Positions 18,872 through 28,404 of a stretch of 43,412 bases of DNA are shown piece by piece (position 1 is the first letter of the stretch; every line of letters starts with the position of its first letter). The position numbers were made by a program, and so were the translations under genes. Where the stretch lies: NCBI GenBank assembly GCA_964465795.1, contig CAYXLD010000002.1:4855-48266 (forward strand). The letters run 5' to 3'. Source of the stretch: Candidatus Woesearchaeota archaeon (lineage in GTDB: Archaea > Nanobdellota > Nanobdellia > Pacearchaeales > GW2011-AR1). Under the pieces are notes generated by a model. The model saw only the letters and a program-made list of their open reading frames with translations, did not search any database and had not been told where the DNA came from.

Positions 18872-19981
18872 ATGAAAAGCAGCAGCCCTATAATTAATCC
18901 ATGGGAGGTTAATGGTAATTTAGACTATAATAGAGTAGTAAAGGAATTTGGAATATCTCTATTGGAAAACCTTCCCCCTGTTTTCAACAAAAATCTTTTA
19001 TTTAGGAGAAAAGTTGTTTTTGCGCATAGGGATTTTCAAAGAATTATTCTGGCTATTAGAGATAAGAAACCATTTGCAATGATGACTGGACTAATGCCCT
19101 CAGGGAAATTTCATATTGGGCATATGCTTGTTGCACAGCAGATGATTTTTTACCAGAATTTGGGTGCAAAAATATATATTTCTATAGCAGATATAGAGGC
19201 GTATAATACAAGAAATTTAAGCCTAGAAGAGTGCAGAAAAGTTGCTAGAGAAGAATATATTTTAAATTATTTGGCTCTTGGTTTAAATCCCCAAAAAGCA
19301 GATATTTATTTTCAAAGTTCAAGGTCGAATGATGCACAAAAATCAAATGCATATTACAGGCTGCAGAATATTTTGGCTAAAAGTACAACATTTGCAGAGT
19401 TTAAAGCTATTTATGGAGAAATAACGCCTGGAAAAATGGCTTCAGCATTGCTTCAGGCGTCTGATATGCTGCATCCACAACTGCCTGAATTTGACGGACC
19501 TATTCCTGTTGTAGTGCCTGTCGGGATAGATCAAGACCCTCATTTAAGGCTAGCTAGAGATATATCGCAGAGAATAAAATCTAAAAACTTTATTCAGTTA
19601 AGCTCTACTTATAATTTTTTTGCTCCTGGCTTATCTGGCGGTAAGATGTCGTCATCCGATATAAGTTCTTACATAGCGTTAACTGATTCAAAAAACGACG
19701 TAGAACGGAAAATTAATAAATATGCTTTTTCAGGAGGCAGAGACACTTTGGAGGAACATAGAAAATTAGGCGGAAATCCAGATATTGATGTGCCATTTCA
19801 ATATCTGAAAATATTTTTTGAAGATGATGATAAGAAGTTAAATAATATCTATAATGATTATAAATCAGGGAAAATGCTCACTTCTGAATTAAAGCAGATA
19901 ACAATAGATAAAATTTCTAAATTTTTAAAAGAGCATCAGATTAAACGTGATAAAATAAGAAAAGATTTAAAGTTATTCTAA
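18872..19981 (+). CDS. trpS: Tryptophanyl-tRNA synthetase (archaeal/eukaryal type)
   Basis: HIGH motif (GKFHIGHMLV), GIDQDPHLRLARD and KMSSS motif (GGKMSSSD). Confidence 0.9.
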   Translation: MKSSSPIINPWEVNGNLDYNRVVKEFGISLLENLPPVFNKNLLFRRKVVFAHRDFQRIILAIRDKKPFAMMTGLMPSGKFHIGHMLVAQQMIFYQNLGAKIYISIADIEAYNTRNLSLEECRKVAREEYILNYLALGLNPQKADIYFQSSRSNDAQKSNAYYRLQNILAKSTTFAEFKAIYGEITPGKMASALLQASDMLHPQLPEFDGPIPVVVPVGIDQDPHLRLARDISQRIKSKNFIQLSSTYNFFAPGLSGGKMSSSDISSYIALTDSKNDVERKINKYAFSGGRDTLEEHRKLGGNPDIDVPFQYLKIFFEDDDKKLNNIYNDYKSGKMLTSELKQITIDKISKFLKEHQIKRDKIRKDLKLF

Positions 19982-20203
19982 AAGATAAACATTAATTTCT
20001 CTCTTCTAATGGATTATTTGAAAGAACATATCTAATAACTTCTCTTAAAACATCATTTTTTATTTCTTTTAAATGAGGATTTAAACTATAGCCTCTGTTG
20101 AACTCTATTGCACCAAACGCAATTAATTTTTTAATTTCCCTTTCAAATTTTTTATGATCAAATTCCTTATCTAGACATTTTCTTATGGATTCTTCTATGC
20201 GCT

Positions 20204-20968
20204 CTATATGCCTTTTAGTTTTTCCAGAGCCTTTTTGAATTTCTTCACATGATTAGGAGTATAGTTGTTTATTGGAATAACGCCTTTAGGATTAGGCTTG
20301 TTTCTATTCTTTTCCTGCCAAACATCCTGAAGCTTATTATAGCTCTCTTTTCCTAATCTGCCGTCAGCTTCTAACCCCTGATCTTTTTGGAATCTGCTAA
20401 TTACTTCTTTACTTTTATAACCTAATCTGCCGTCTAATGCTAGTTTTTCCCCATATAGATCATTTAACTGCTGCTGGCAGCGAGCGTTTCTAGGGCTGAA
20501 GTGTCCAGCATTATAAGATGCAACTGCTAATAAATAGTCATTATAAAAATCCAGTTCCTCTTTAAATAAGGCTCTAATGTACTCTTTATTTATTTCAGGA
20601 TCGCATAAACTTGCTTTTATTTTTTCCGGCGTATTTCCTAGTCTTGGCAGGTTAGCATGCCGTTTTTCTAAATCCTTTGCAGTTCTTGTTAAAAGCTGTC
20701 CTAATCCATAGCTGTAATCATCTAAATGCGGTTCATATCTTTCTGCATTTGAATTGCCGTTAGATTCTATTTCTATGACGGCAGAGATGTAATCTTCTAA
20801 AGTATATTTTTTCTCTGTTTTATTTTTGAGATCAGTAGTGCTTAACCTGCTACTTATTGATGTATTATTTCTTTCGCTATATTTTTCTCTTTGATATTCT
20901 ATATATCCTCCAGATAATACGCCAACTAAACTTAAAGTTGTATTTTTTAAAAATTGCCTTCTATTCAT
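20204..20968 (-). CDS. Secreted lytic murein transglycosylase (SLT domain) with twin-arginine signal and C-terminal peptidoglycan-binding repeat
   Basis: MNRRQFLKNTTLSLVGVLSGG is a canonical RRxFLK Tat motif. IEIESNGN (catalytic E-S), YGLGQL and ASYNAGH match SLT motifs. RFQKDQGLEADGRLGKESYNKL matches PG_binding_1. Confidence 0.75.
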   Translation of the reverse strand: MNRRQFLKNTTLSLVGVLSGGYIEYQREKYSERNNTSISSRLSTTDLKNKTEKKYTLEDYISAVIEIESNGNSNAERYEPHLDDYSYGLGQLLTRTAKDLEKRHANLPRLGNTPEKIKASLCDPEINKEYIRALFKEELDFYNDYLLAVASYNAGHFSPRNARCQQQLNDLYGEKLALDGRLGYKSKEVISRFQKDQGLEADGRLGKESYNKLQDVWQEKNRNKPNPKGVIPINNYTPNHVKKFKKALEKLKGI

Positions 20969-21014
20969 AGTATTTTTATAGATTCCTGCTTTTTAAACCT
21001 TTCTATTGTAACTA

Positions 21015-21476
21015 CTATCTAGTGTTGAATTTTAAACTAAGGTTTTTTGCTATTGATAAAGTTAGAAATCCAGTTACAATTAGCTGGATCATAGGCGATA
21101 GGCCTATTCCAAAGATAATAGGCATAAGGTCGCTATATTGCCATTTTTGCAATAGGTATACGCCGCGATATTCGATCCATATGGCAACTATCAAGGCAGA
21201 TATAATAAAAATAAAGGCCTCTTTTTTTCTGGTATTTTTTATCCAATATGGTCCGCTAATGAAGGATATTATTATAAATAATCCGCTAATAATCACAGAA
21301 TCGATTAATGAAGCATAACTTATTAATCTTACAAATTCTGGGGCGCGCATGTTTAAACAACAGGTATATAAAAAAATTGCGTGTATGGACTCCCATAGAA
21401 AATTAATAAGGAAAGCAAATAAAAAAATTAACAAAACCATAATAAAATAATTTTTAATTTTTTCCATATAAAGCAT
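21015..21476 (-). CDS. Hypothetical polytopic membrane protein (~4 TM)
   Basis: Hydrophobic ORF. No motif recognised. The start may instead be MEKIKN, three codons in. Confidence 0.4.
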   Translation of the reverse strand: MLYMEKIKNYFIMVLLIFLFAFLINFLWESIHAIFLYTCCLNMRAPEFVRLISYASLIDSVIISGLFIIISFISGPYWIKNTRKKEAFIFIISALIVAIWIEYRGVYLLQKWQYSDLMPIIFGIGLSPMIQLIVTGFLTLSIAKNLSLKFNTR

Positions 21477-21566
21477 TTATTTAACCCTATTTAAAAATTT
21501 TGCCTGCATTAAGGATTAAATTTTTATATACAAACATTTATATAATAAATAATTTCTCAGATTATT

Positions 21567-22640
21567 ATGTCTGTTAAAAAAGGAAAAGCTGAATCAAGCC
21601 TAGCTAATATTGAGACACAGGATTTATTGCCTGTGCAATCACAGACTGAGGCAGAATTAAGCCAACCCCAAGCTGTAAACAATAAACGTTCTGGTTCGAA
21701 AATATTCTTATTTATTACTATAGCAATTATTGCTGTTGTTGGGATTATGTTTTACTTTTACGATTCTCCTGAACAGGAAGAATTAGCGGCAACAATAAAT
21801 GGAAAAGCAATATCTATGAAAGAATTAAATCAATTATATGATACCTTGCCTGAGCAATATAAAGTTTTTTCTACAAAAGAGTCTATACTAAATCAATTGA
21901 TTGAAAAAGAAGTATTATTTCAAGAAGCAAAGAATCGAGGAATTGAGATTAGCAATGATATAGCTGCAAATCAGCTTTCTATTGCTATCGCTTCAAGCGG
22001 AATATCAAAAGAAGAATTTTTCAATAGGTTGGCTGCCCAAAATAAAACAGAGGATGAATTGATAAATGAATATGCGGAGCAATTGACAATACAAGAATTA
22101 ATAAAACAAGAATTAACAAACAAAATTGAGATTACTGAAGAAGAAATAAAGAAATATTATAATGAAAACAAAAATACTTTTAAAGTTGGAGAGAAGGTTA
22201 CAGTTAAACATATATTGATTGGAGATACAGATTTAACGAAAGAACAGCAGAATGAAAAAGCAAATATGTTATTAAAGGAGATAAATACTCAGAATTTTTG
22301 TAATTATACTAGTAATTATTCAACAGATATTGCTAGTATAGCTAATTGCGGTGAATATACATTTTCAAAGGATGATGCATTGGTTCAGGAGTTCAAGGAT
22401 TTTTCATTTAACCAGCTTTCTGGAAAAATTGGCACAGTAGATACCCAATTTGGTACGCATATTATTTGGACAATAAAGAAAGCCCCCCAAAGAACTTTGC
22501 CTTATAAAGAAGTCTCTGAAGAAGTAAAGAAAAGGATATTAAGTGCTCAACTACAGGAGGCCTATCCTAAATATTATGAAGGGCTTAAACAAAAGAGCAA
22601 AATTGATGTTTTTTATATAGAGAGTAGCATTAAGCAATAA
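21567..22640 (+). CDS. Membrane-anchored parvulin-type peptidyl-prolyl isomerase (PrsA/SurA-like)
   Basis: N-terminal TM helix, SurA-N-like helical region, PpiC domain with VKHILI ... FGTHIIW. Confidence 0.75.
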   Translation: MSVKKGKAESSLANIETQDLLPVQSQTEAELSQPQAVNNKRSGSKIFLFITIAIIAVVGIMFYFYDSPEQEELAATINGKAISMKELNQLYDTLPEQYKVFSTKESILNQLIEKEVLFQEAKNRGIEISNDIAANQLSIAIASSGISKEEFFNRLAAQNKTEDELINEYAEQLTIQELIKQELTNKIEITEEEIKKYYNENKNTFKVGEKVTVKHILIGDTDLTKEQQNEKANMLLKEINTQNFCNYTSNYSTDIASIANCGEYTFSKDDALVQEFKDFSFNQLSGKIGTVDTQFGTHIIWTIKKAPQRTLPYKEVSEEVKKRILSAQLQEAYPKYYEGLKQKSKIDVFYIESSIKQ

Positions 22641-22642
22641 TA

Positions 22643-23242
22643 TTATTCTGAATTGTATTCAATAACAATAGAGTCATGATCTTTTATAATATATCTGTTA
22701 TATTCATTGTTAGAGATGCCATTTACTCTCATAGATAATATTCCATCAGTTGTGCATTTGTCAAAAATGCAGGCTGAATTAATAAATTCTTTCCCCCATA
22801 TTTCGAAAAATTCTCCTAATCTAAACTCTCTTTTGCATGGGCCTTCAATATGGATTATATTGTCAGAAGCATGTGTGTGCATGGGCCGCATTATTCCTGG
22901 AAGGATTCCTATATTGGCCGGTATCAGCTGGTTCTTTCCATCAATTATTATATTTAAATCAGCATGAATATGCAGGGCAAGATTCGTGTGCCCTCCAATA
23001 TTTATATCTGTGACAGGCGCTGTTTTACATGAGTTTATTCCCTTATATGTTGAAGCTATTACCCAGCCTATACTTAATACTATCGAAGCAGATATAATAA
23101 AAATAGCCCAATTTCTTATTCTTCTCCCGTTAAAAACAGGCTCTTTTACTATTATTGGGTGTTTTGCTGCTTTATGCTGAGCTAACCCGTGCTCGTCTTT
23201 AAATACTATGTTGCATATTTCACATTTTGTTTTTTCTGCCAT
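22643..23242 (-). CDS. Hypothetical bitopic protein: cytoplasmic C2H2 zinc finger, TM helix, His-rich extracytoplasmic domain
   Basis: KCEICNIVFKDEHGLAQHKAAKH (C-x2-C-x12-H-x4-H), TM helix WAIFIISASIVLSIGWVIA, then LHIHADL...PMHTHASDNIIHIEG. Confidence 0.5.
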   Translation of the reverse strand: MAEKTKCEICNIVFKDEHGLAQHKAAKHPIIVKEPVFNGRRIRNWAIFIISASIVLSIGWVIASTYKGINSCKTAPVTDINIGGHTNLALHIHADLNIIIDGKNQLIPANIGILPGIMRPMHTHASDNIIHIEGPCKREFRLGEFFEIWGKEFINSACIFDKCTTDGILSMRVNGISNNEYNRYIIKDHDSIVIEYNSE

Positions 23243-23278
23243 TTTACTTTGATTAAAAAATTAATAAAAAATATATGT

Positions 23279-24064
23279 TTATGCATTAAGTTCAGCATCG
23301 ATAGCTTGTTTGAAAGCACTAAACGGTTGTGCCCCGCTTAATAATTTGCCGTTTATAAAAAATGCAGGTGTTCCTTGAACTCCGGCAGCACTGCCTTCAG
23401 CTAGGTCGTTTTGCACTTCGCTTTTGTATTTGTTACTATCAAGGCAGCTAGATATATCGTACCCTAGGTCTTTAGCCCATTTCTTTAATTCTGCTGATCC
23501 AAATTACGCTGTTTTTGTTACAGGCGCTGTTGCACTTCCCCCATCTAAGATGTTGCCTTCGCTAAATATTTTATCATGCATCTTAAAGTAAGCGCTATCT
23601 CCGCCTTTTTCTCTGACGCATTCTGCTGCTATTGCAGCTGGAGTTGCAGTTGGATGTATGCTGTCTAATGGAAAATCTCTGTATACAAATTTAGCTTTTC
23701 CTGTGTCAATATATTCCTTTTTAATTTGAGAGTATGTTTCTGTCCAAAATTTCCTGCAAAAAGGACATTGATAATCTGAGAATTCAATGATTTCAACAGG
23801 AGCATCTTTATCTCCAAAAACAGCGTCATCATCTGCATCTATCTCTGCTCTTGCATTCTGCCCCGGCAATTGCTGTCCTGGATTATTTACTACGTTACCT
23901 GTAGGCGAGGTTGAATCATCTTTCATAAAAAAGACGAATGCTCCGACTATTAAAACAGCCGCCAGAATAAACGTGGAATATTTCCAAAGTGTATCTTTCT
24001 TTATAGTAATTGTATTGCTTGAATGTATAACATTGACTACATGGTCCTTATTTTCTTCGTTCAT
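23279..24064 (-). pseudogene. DsbA-family thiol:disulfide oxidoreductase (CPFC) interrupted by an in-frame TAA
   Basis: ORF 23504..24064 carries a TM anchor and EFSDYQCPFCRKF. After TAA (23504-23506) the same frame continues FGSAELKKWAKDLGYDISSCLDS...GVQGTPAFFINGKLLSGAQP...AELNA* to 23279. That is the missing cis-Pro/beta part of the fold, and it has no start codon of its own. Confidence 0.7.
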
Positions 24065-24611
24065 TTTCTAAACCTCTTTTCATTTTCTTCTTTAACATAA
24101 TATTACATGAATTTTCAGAGATTTTAAATATTGCTATTAATAGAATGATTATAGCTAAAGCTGATATCTCGAATCCTTTAAATGGAAGGATGGCTAGAAA
24201 CGAGGCGCTTAATCCTAATGCTGATGCTAAACCGATGCCACATGTTGCGCAACCAGGAGCAAATGATCCTAAAATTACTCCTATTGTTGAAAGGAAACCT
24301 CCAGCAGAATCAAATCCGGAAATATTTTTAGCCCTATATAAAATTAAACTGAACAATACACCCAATAAAAGACTGATTATTATAGTTGCAATAAAGCTAC
24401 TAAACTTAATAATATCTATAAATCCAATTGAAAAGCTAAAAAATAATTGGATGCTTCCAAAAAAACCTAAAGATTGAGAAAAGTCTATTATAGATTTATA
24501 ATTTGCTATAAAGACATTTAGAGAATAGAACAAAAAGGCCACGATTAAAGAAAGAAATAGATATTTCCAATTTGAAAAAACTTTTCCCCAATATTTAAAT
24601 AAATTGTTCAT
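24048..24611 (-). CDS. Polytopic membrane protein with intramembrane CxxC (GCATCG); candidate redox partner of DsbA
   Basis: About 5 TM helices. FAPGCATCGIGLASALG lies within a hydrophobic segment. The 3' end overlaps the DsbA start by 17 nt. Confidence 0.5.
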   Translation of the reverse strand: MNNLFKYWGKVFSNWKYLFLSLIVAFLFYSLNVFIANYKSIIDFSQSLGFFGSIQLFFSFSIGFIDIIKFSSFIATIIISLLLGVLFSLILYRAKNISGFDSAGGFLSTIGVILGSFAPGCATCGIGLASALGLSASFLAILPFKGFEISALAIIILLIAIFKISENSCNIMLKKKMKRGLENERRK

Positions 24612-24674
24612 AGATATCTAATTTTAATGAAGTATATAATAATTTTGGTTTAGTGCAGATTTATTTTATCTATT

Positions 24675-25613
24675 TTACAGAAAAAATACGAATAAAAGCA
24701 AATATAAAAACGGCACTAAAATAAACATTGTAAATTCAGTATATTTATGCAGTTTCTTTACAAGCTCGTCTTTTTTCTGTTCATGGAGTTCTAATAGAAA
24801 TACATTAAAAATAAAACTTAATAAAATAACAAAATAACTAAGAACCATAAATTTATCAATAAATGTTAAATATCCAACTGGCGGGAGCTGGTTGGCTAAT
24901 GAAACGTGGAACATAACGCTCGCTACTAATGAAGAGCCCACCATTGCTAATCTTGTTGTTATTTTATCAGGATCTAGAACAAAGCTTGACAACATGACTA
25001 ATATTATAAAAGTAATTGGAAGGAGTGTTTTAAAAATGGAATTGATAATTATCCTAGATATTGGAATTTCAAAGATATATTGAGAATAAGTTTCATTATA
25101 TATCCCATATTTATGGTTTTTTGTTGAAGCATTCCATTCTTCCATATTCCATCCAACAAAATTAATTGATTCGTCTATACCAGATTCTTCTATATTAGGC
25201 ATATATATTAGTTCTTCAATGGTTTTCTTCTTGTCTTCAATAATAATTTCCATTTTCTGCTTATCAAAAGGAAATTTTTTTAAGTCTATCGGGCTAATTA
25301 AATTTGCCTGAATTCTGTAAAATTTTTCATTTTCTTCATTGATTATTTTCTCAAAACTTGAAGCTCGTCCATTCATAAACTCAAATTCAAAAGAAGGACA
25401 TGCAGTATTACATTTAAAAGACAAATAAAAATCAGCTGTAAAAGATCCTGTAGCAATATCAAATTTTCCTAGATTGAGAAGATATAAACCAACATTTATA
25501 CTTTTAAGTGAAATGCTATCTGGTTTTAGAGTGCTTAATGAGTCTAAAGCTGAAGTATAATTGATGAATAATATGGCTAATAAAAATGCCCATACTAATT
25601 TTTTTCCATGCAT
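24675..25613 (-). CDS. Pentameric ligand-gated ion channel (Cys-loop receptor/GLIC-ELIC family) homologue
   Basis: Signal peptide, then a beta-rich N-domain with VGLYLLNLGKFDIATGSFTADFYL and FPFDKQKMEIIIE (FPFDxQ box). M1-M3 follow (TLLPITFIILVMLSSFV, RLAMVGSSLVASVMF, YLTFIDKFMVLSYFVILL) plus a C-terminal M4. Confidence 0.7.
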   Translation of the reverse strand: MHGKKLVWAFLLAILFINYTSALDSLSTLKPDSISLKSINVGLYLLNLGKFDIATGSFTADFYLSFKCNTACPSFEFEFMNGRASSFEKIINEENEKFYRIQANLISPIDLKKFPFDKQKMEIIIEDKKKTIEELIYMPNIEESGIDESINFVGWNMEEWNASTKNHKYGIYNETYSQYIFEIPISRIIINSIFKTLLPITFIILVMLSSFVLDPDKITTRLAMVGSSLVASVMFHVSLANQLPPVGYLTFIDKFMVLSYFVILLSFIFNVFLLELHEQKKDELVKKLHKYTEFTMFILVPFLYLLLFVFFL

Positions 25614-25661
25614 AAATTTTGATAGGTTAAAACCTATTTAAAATTTTCTGAAAATAATATT

Positions 25662-28301
25662 TTAGAATTGTTCTAGCTTTAGAAACTCCTTTTTTTTGTT
25701 TATATACTTGAAAATGTCGAAGATGATTATTATGGATAAGGAAGCCAGTATTGCAATTATCCAATTGTTTATCCCTATAGGAACTGTTCCGAATACCTTG
25801 TTTAGAGGAGCGTATATTATTGCAAGAGTTGCAATAATTGATATTATTGAAGCATAGAATAAATAAATATTTACTTTTAGTGAACTTAATGAAACTTTTT
25901 TTCTAAATGATATAAAGTTATATGCATTTGCAATCTCAAGCAATATCAATGTGACTAATGCTGTTGTTCTCGCATATTCAAAGTTTTGGCCTAGTAAATT
26001 AAAAGAGACATAAAATGACAGCAGTGTAATTATGCACATTAGCAATCCTGCTATACCGAACCATATAATATGCGCTTTGTTTAGAATATTTTCCCTTCTT
26101 CTGGGCTTTTCCTTCATAATGTCTGCTGAAGAAGGAGTTAAAGCTAGAGTAATGGCAGGTAGATCATCTGTCACAAGATTCATAAATAAAATCTGCAGAG
26201 CCAATAATAAAGGTATCTGCCATCCTAACAATGGAGATAATAATACTCCAAAAAATAATACTCCGAGCTCTGCATAATTACATGATAATTGGTAGCTCAC
26301 AAATTTTCTAATATTTTTGAATATTGTTCTTCCTTCTTTTATCGCATTTACAATAGTGATAAAGTTATCATCTCTTAATGTCATGTCTGCTGCGGCTCTC
26401 GACACATCTGTTCCATTTTTTCCCATTGCAACTCCAATATGGGCTTCTTTTAAGGCAGGAGCATCATTTACGCCATCTCCTGTCATTGTTACAATCTCTT
26501 TATTCATTTTAAGAGCATGAACAATTTTTATTTTATGCTCCGGCTTTACTCTTGCAAAAATAACTATTTCATTAACTATTTTTGAAAGCTCTTCTGTTGT
26601 CAATTTCTCCATTTCATCTCCTGTAAATACTCTTCCATGAAGGCCTATTCTATTAGCTATGGAGATGGCTGTTTCTTTATTGTCCCCTGTTATCATTTTA
26701 ACTTTAATTCCTGCAATTTTGCATAGCCTGATAGATTCTTTAACGCCTTCTCTTGGCGGGTCTTCAATTCCAACTAATCCCAAGAAAATTAAATTATCAT
26801 TAAAATGATCTTTGCTTGAAGATTTAGCTTCTTTATATGCAAATGATAATGTTCTTAATGTATCTAAAGTCATTTTTTTATTTATTTTTAAAATCCTATT
26901 TTTTTCAAATTCAGTAAGCCTAAATATACCATTATGCCTCTGAACAAATCGGCATTTATTTAGCAAAATTTCTATTGCTCCTTTTGAATAAACAATTTTT
27001 TTATCTTCATCTTTGCACAAAACACTCATTATTTTTCTTTCTGAATTAAAAGGAATTTCTTCGATTCTCTTAAAATTTAAGTCTTCTTTGTGAAATCCTG
27101 CTTTTGCCGCCATGATAAGCAAAGATGCTTCTGTCGGTGTTCCAAAGGTCCTGTAAATGTTATCCTCTCCTGTCCTTTCAATTCTGGCGTCATTGCATAA
27201 AACAGCGGATTTTATTAACAAGCTTAGAATTTTGTTTTTATCCAGATTTATTTTATTATTATCTACAAAAAAATCTCCAGAGGCCTCGTATCCTGCACCA
27301 GAAACATCAATTAATTCATTGTCTGTAAATATTTTTTTTACTGTCATTTCTCCCTTTGTCATTGTCCCAGTCTTATCAGAGCATATAACTGTTGTTTCAC
27401 CTAAGGTTTCAATTATTGACATTCTGCTTACAATTGCATCTTTTTTAGCCATTCTATGGGCGCCAGAAGCTAGTGCTGTGATAAGTACTACAGGAAAGCC
27501 TTCTGGGAATGCTGAAACTGTTAGAGCAATAATTAAAATTAAGGCGTTAATAACTAGGCTGTCAGAGAAAGGATTCATGATTATCATCAGGCCTCCAGTC
27601 AGAATTGAAAAAACAACTGCCACGATTGACATATACTTTGAAATTGAATTAATTTTATTCTGCAAGGGGAGCTCTTTTTCTGCTGTAGAGATCATGCCTG
27701 CAATAGAGCCGAATTTCGTACTCATTCCAGTATGAATTACTTGTCCAATTGCTTTTCCATTAACAATAAATGAACCCATAAATAAAATGTTTTTATCTGA
27801 ATATTTGTCTATGCTCTTAGCAATTGTTTTCTTTACTTCGCTTGATTCTCCTGTAAGGATGGATTCATTGACTAAAAGGTCCTTTTCCTCTAATAAGATG
27901 CAATCTGCAGGTATTTTCTCGCCAGTTCTTAAAATTACCATATCTCCCGGAACTAAATTTTTTGATAATATTTCTTTTTCTTTATCGTCTCTGATTACAA
28001 TTGATATGGGCATAAGCATATTCTTTAATGCTTTGATTGCTTTTTCCGCCCTAAATTCTTGAACAAATCCAACTATGATTATAATAAAAATTACAGTGGA
28101 TATTACTAGGGCGGTTATTATCTCGCCAACAAAAATAGAAATAAGCATTGCTAAAAATAATAAATAAGCCATGTAATTTTTTTTAATCTGTCTAACTAGA
28201 ATCTTTATAGGAGAAGCTAATGAGACATCTCTTATTTCATTAAAACCAAACTTTCTTAGTCTTTTTTCTGCTTCTTTTTGCAATAAACCTCTTTTTTCCA
28301 T
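25662..28301 (-). CDS. P2-type cation-transporting P-type ATPase (Ca2+/Mg2+-ATPase-like)
   Basis: TGES, CSDKTGTMT phosphorylation site, PEGFP in M4, MITGDNKETA, TGDGVNDAPALK, about 10 TM helices. Confidence 0.9.
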   Translation of the reverse strand: MEKRGLLQKEAEKRLRKFGFNEIRDVSLASPIKILVRQIKKNYMAYLLFLAMLISIFVGEIITALVISTVIFIIIIVGFVQEFRAEKAIKALKNMLMPISIVIRDDKEKEILSKNLVPGDMVILRTGEKIPADCILLEEKDLLVNESILTGESSEVKKTIAKSIDKYSDKNILFMGSFIVNGKAIGQVIHTGMSTKFGSIAGMISTAEKELPLQNKINSISKYMSIVAVVFSILTGGLMIIMNPFSDSLVINALILIIALTVSAFPEGFPVVLITALASGAHRMAKKDAIVSRMSIIETLGETTVICSDKTGTMTKGEMTVKKIFTDNELIDVSGAGYEASGDFFVDNNKINLDKNKILSLLIKSAVLCNDARIERTGEDNIYRTFGTPTEASLLIMAAKAGFHKEDLNFKRIEEIPFNSERKIMSVLCKDEDKKIVYSKGAIEILLNKCRFVQRHNGIFRLTEFEKNRILKINKKMTLDTLRTLSFAYKEAKSSSKDHFNDNLIFLGLVGIEDPPREGVKESIRLCKIAGIKVKMITGDNKETAISIANRIGLHGRVFTGDEMEKLTTEELSKIVNEIVIFARVKPEHKIKIVHALKMNKEIVTMTGDGVNDAPALKEAHIGVAMGKNGTDVSRAAADMTLRDDNFITIVNAIKEGRTIFKNIRKFVSYQLSCNYAELGVLFFGVLLSPLLGWQIPLLLALQILFMNLVTDDLPAITLALTPSSADIMKEKPRRRENILNKAHIIWFGIAGLLMCIITLLSFYVSFNLLGQNFEYARTTALVTLILLEIANAYNFISFRKKVSLSSLKVNIYLFYASIISIIATLAIIYAPLNKVFGTVPIGINNWIIAILASLSIIIIFDIFKYINKKKEFLKLEQF

Positions 28302-28404
28302 ATTTAATTCTATTTTTTCAATAATTTAAACGCATGGTTCCATTCATTTCTTAAGAATCCAGGGATGCACCAAAGCATACATAATGGCTCAATAGCTCTT
28401 CTTA

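Noticed and set aside
19985-20245. An ~85-codon open frame on the minus strand downstream of the lytic transglycosylase (…HIERIEESIRKCLDKEFDHKKFEREIKKLIAFGAIEFNRGYSLNPHLKEIKNDVLREVIRYVLSNNPLEERN*).
   Set aside because: It has no ATG, GTG or TTG start anywhere in the frame, and it is out of frame with the upstream gene. It may be a gene remnant or chance in AT-rich DNA. I cannot support it as a CDS.
10411-23506. The idea that the in-frame TGA (10411) and TAA (23504) reflect an alternative genetic code.
   Set aside because: Clearly bounded genes in the same window terminate on TGA (lemA, htpX) and on TAA (many). Two different stop codons would also both need recoding. Nonsense mutation or consensus error is the simpler explanation.
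27157-27735. A 192-aa plus-strand ORF. Similar shadow ORFs occur at 26032-26277, 27787-28062, 32319-32783, 32811-33128, 37110-37481, 37758-37991 and 38424-38735.
   Set aside because: All are antisense to strongly recognisable genes (P-type ATPase, cdc48, thermosome, CBS) and have Ser/Ile/Leu/Phe-rich shadow composition.
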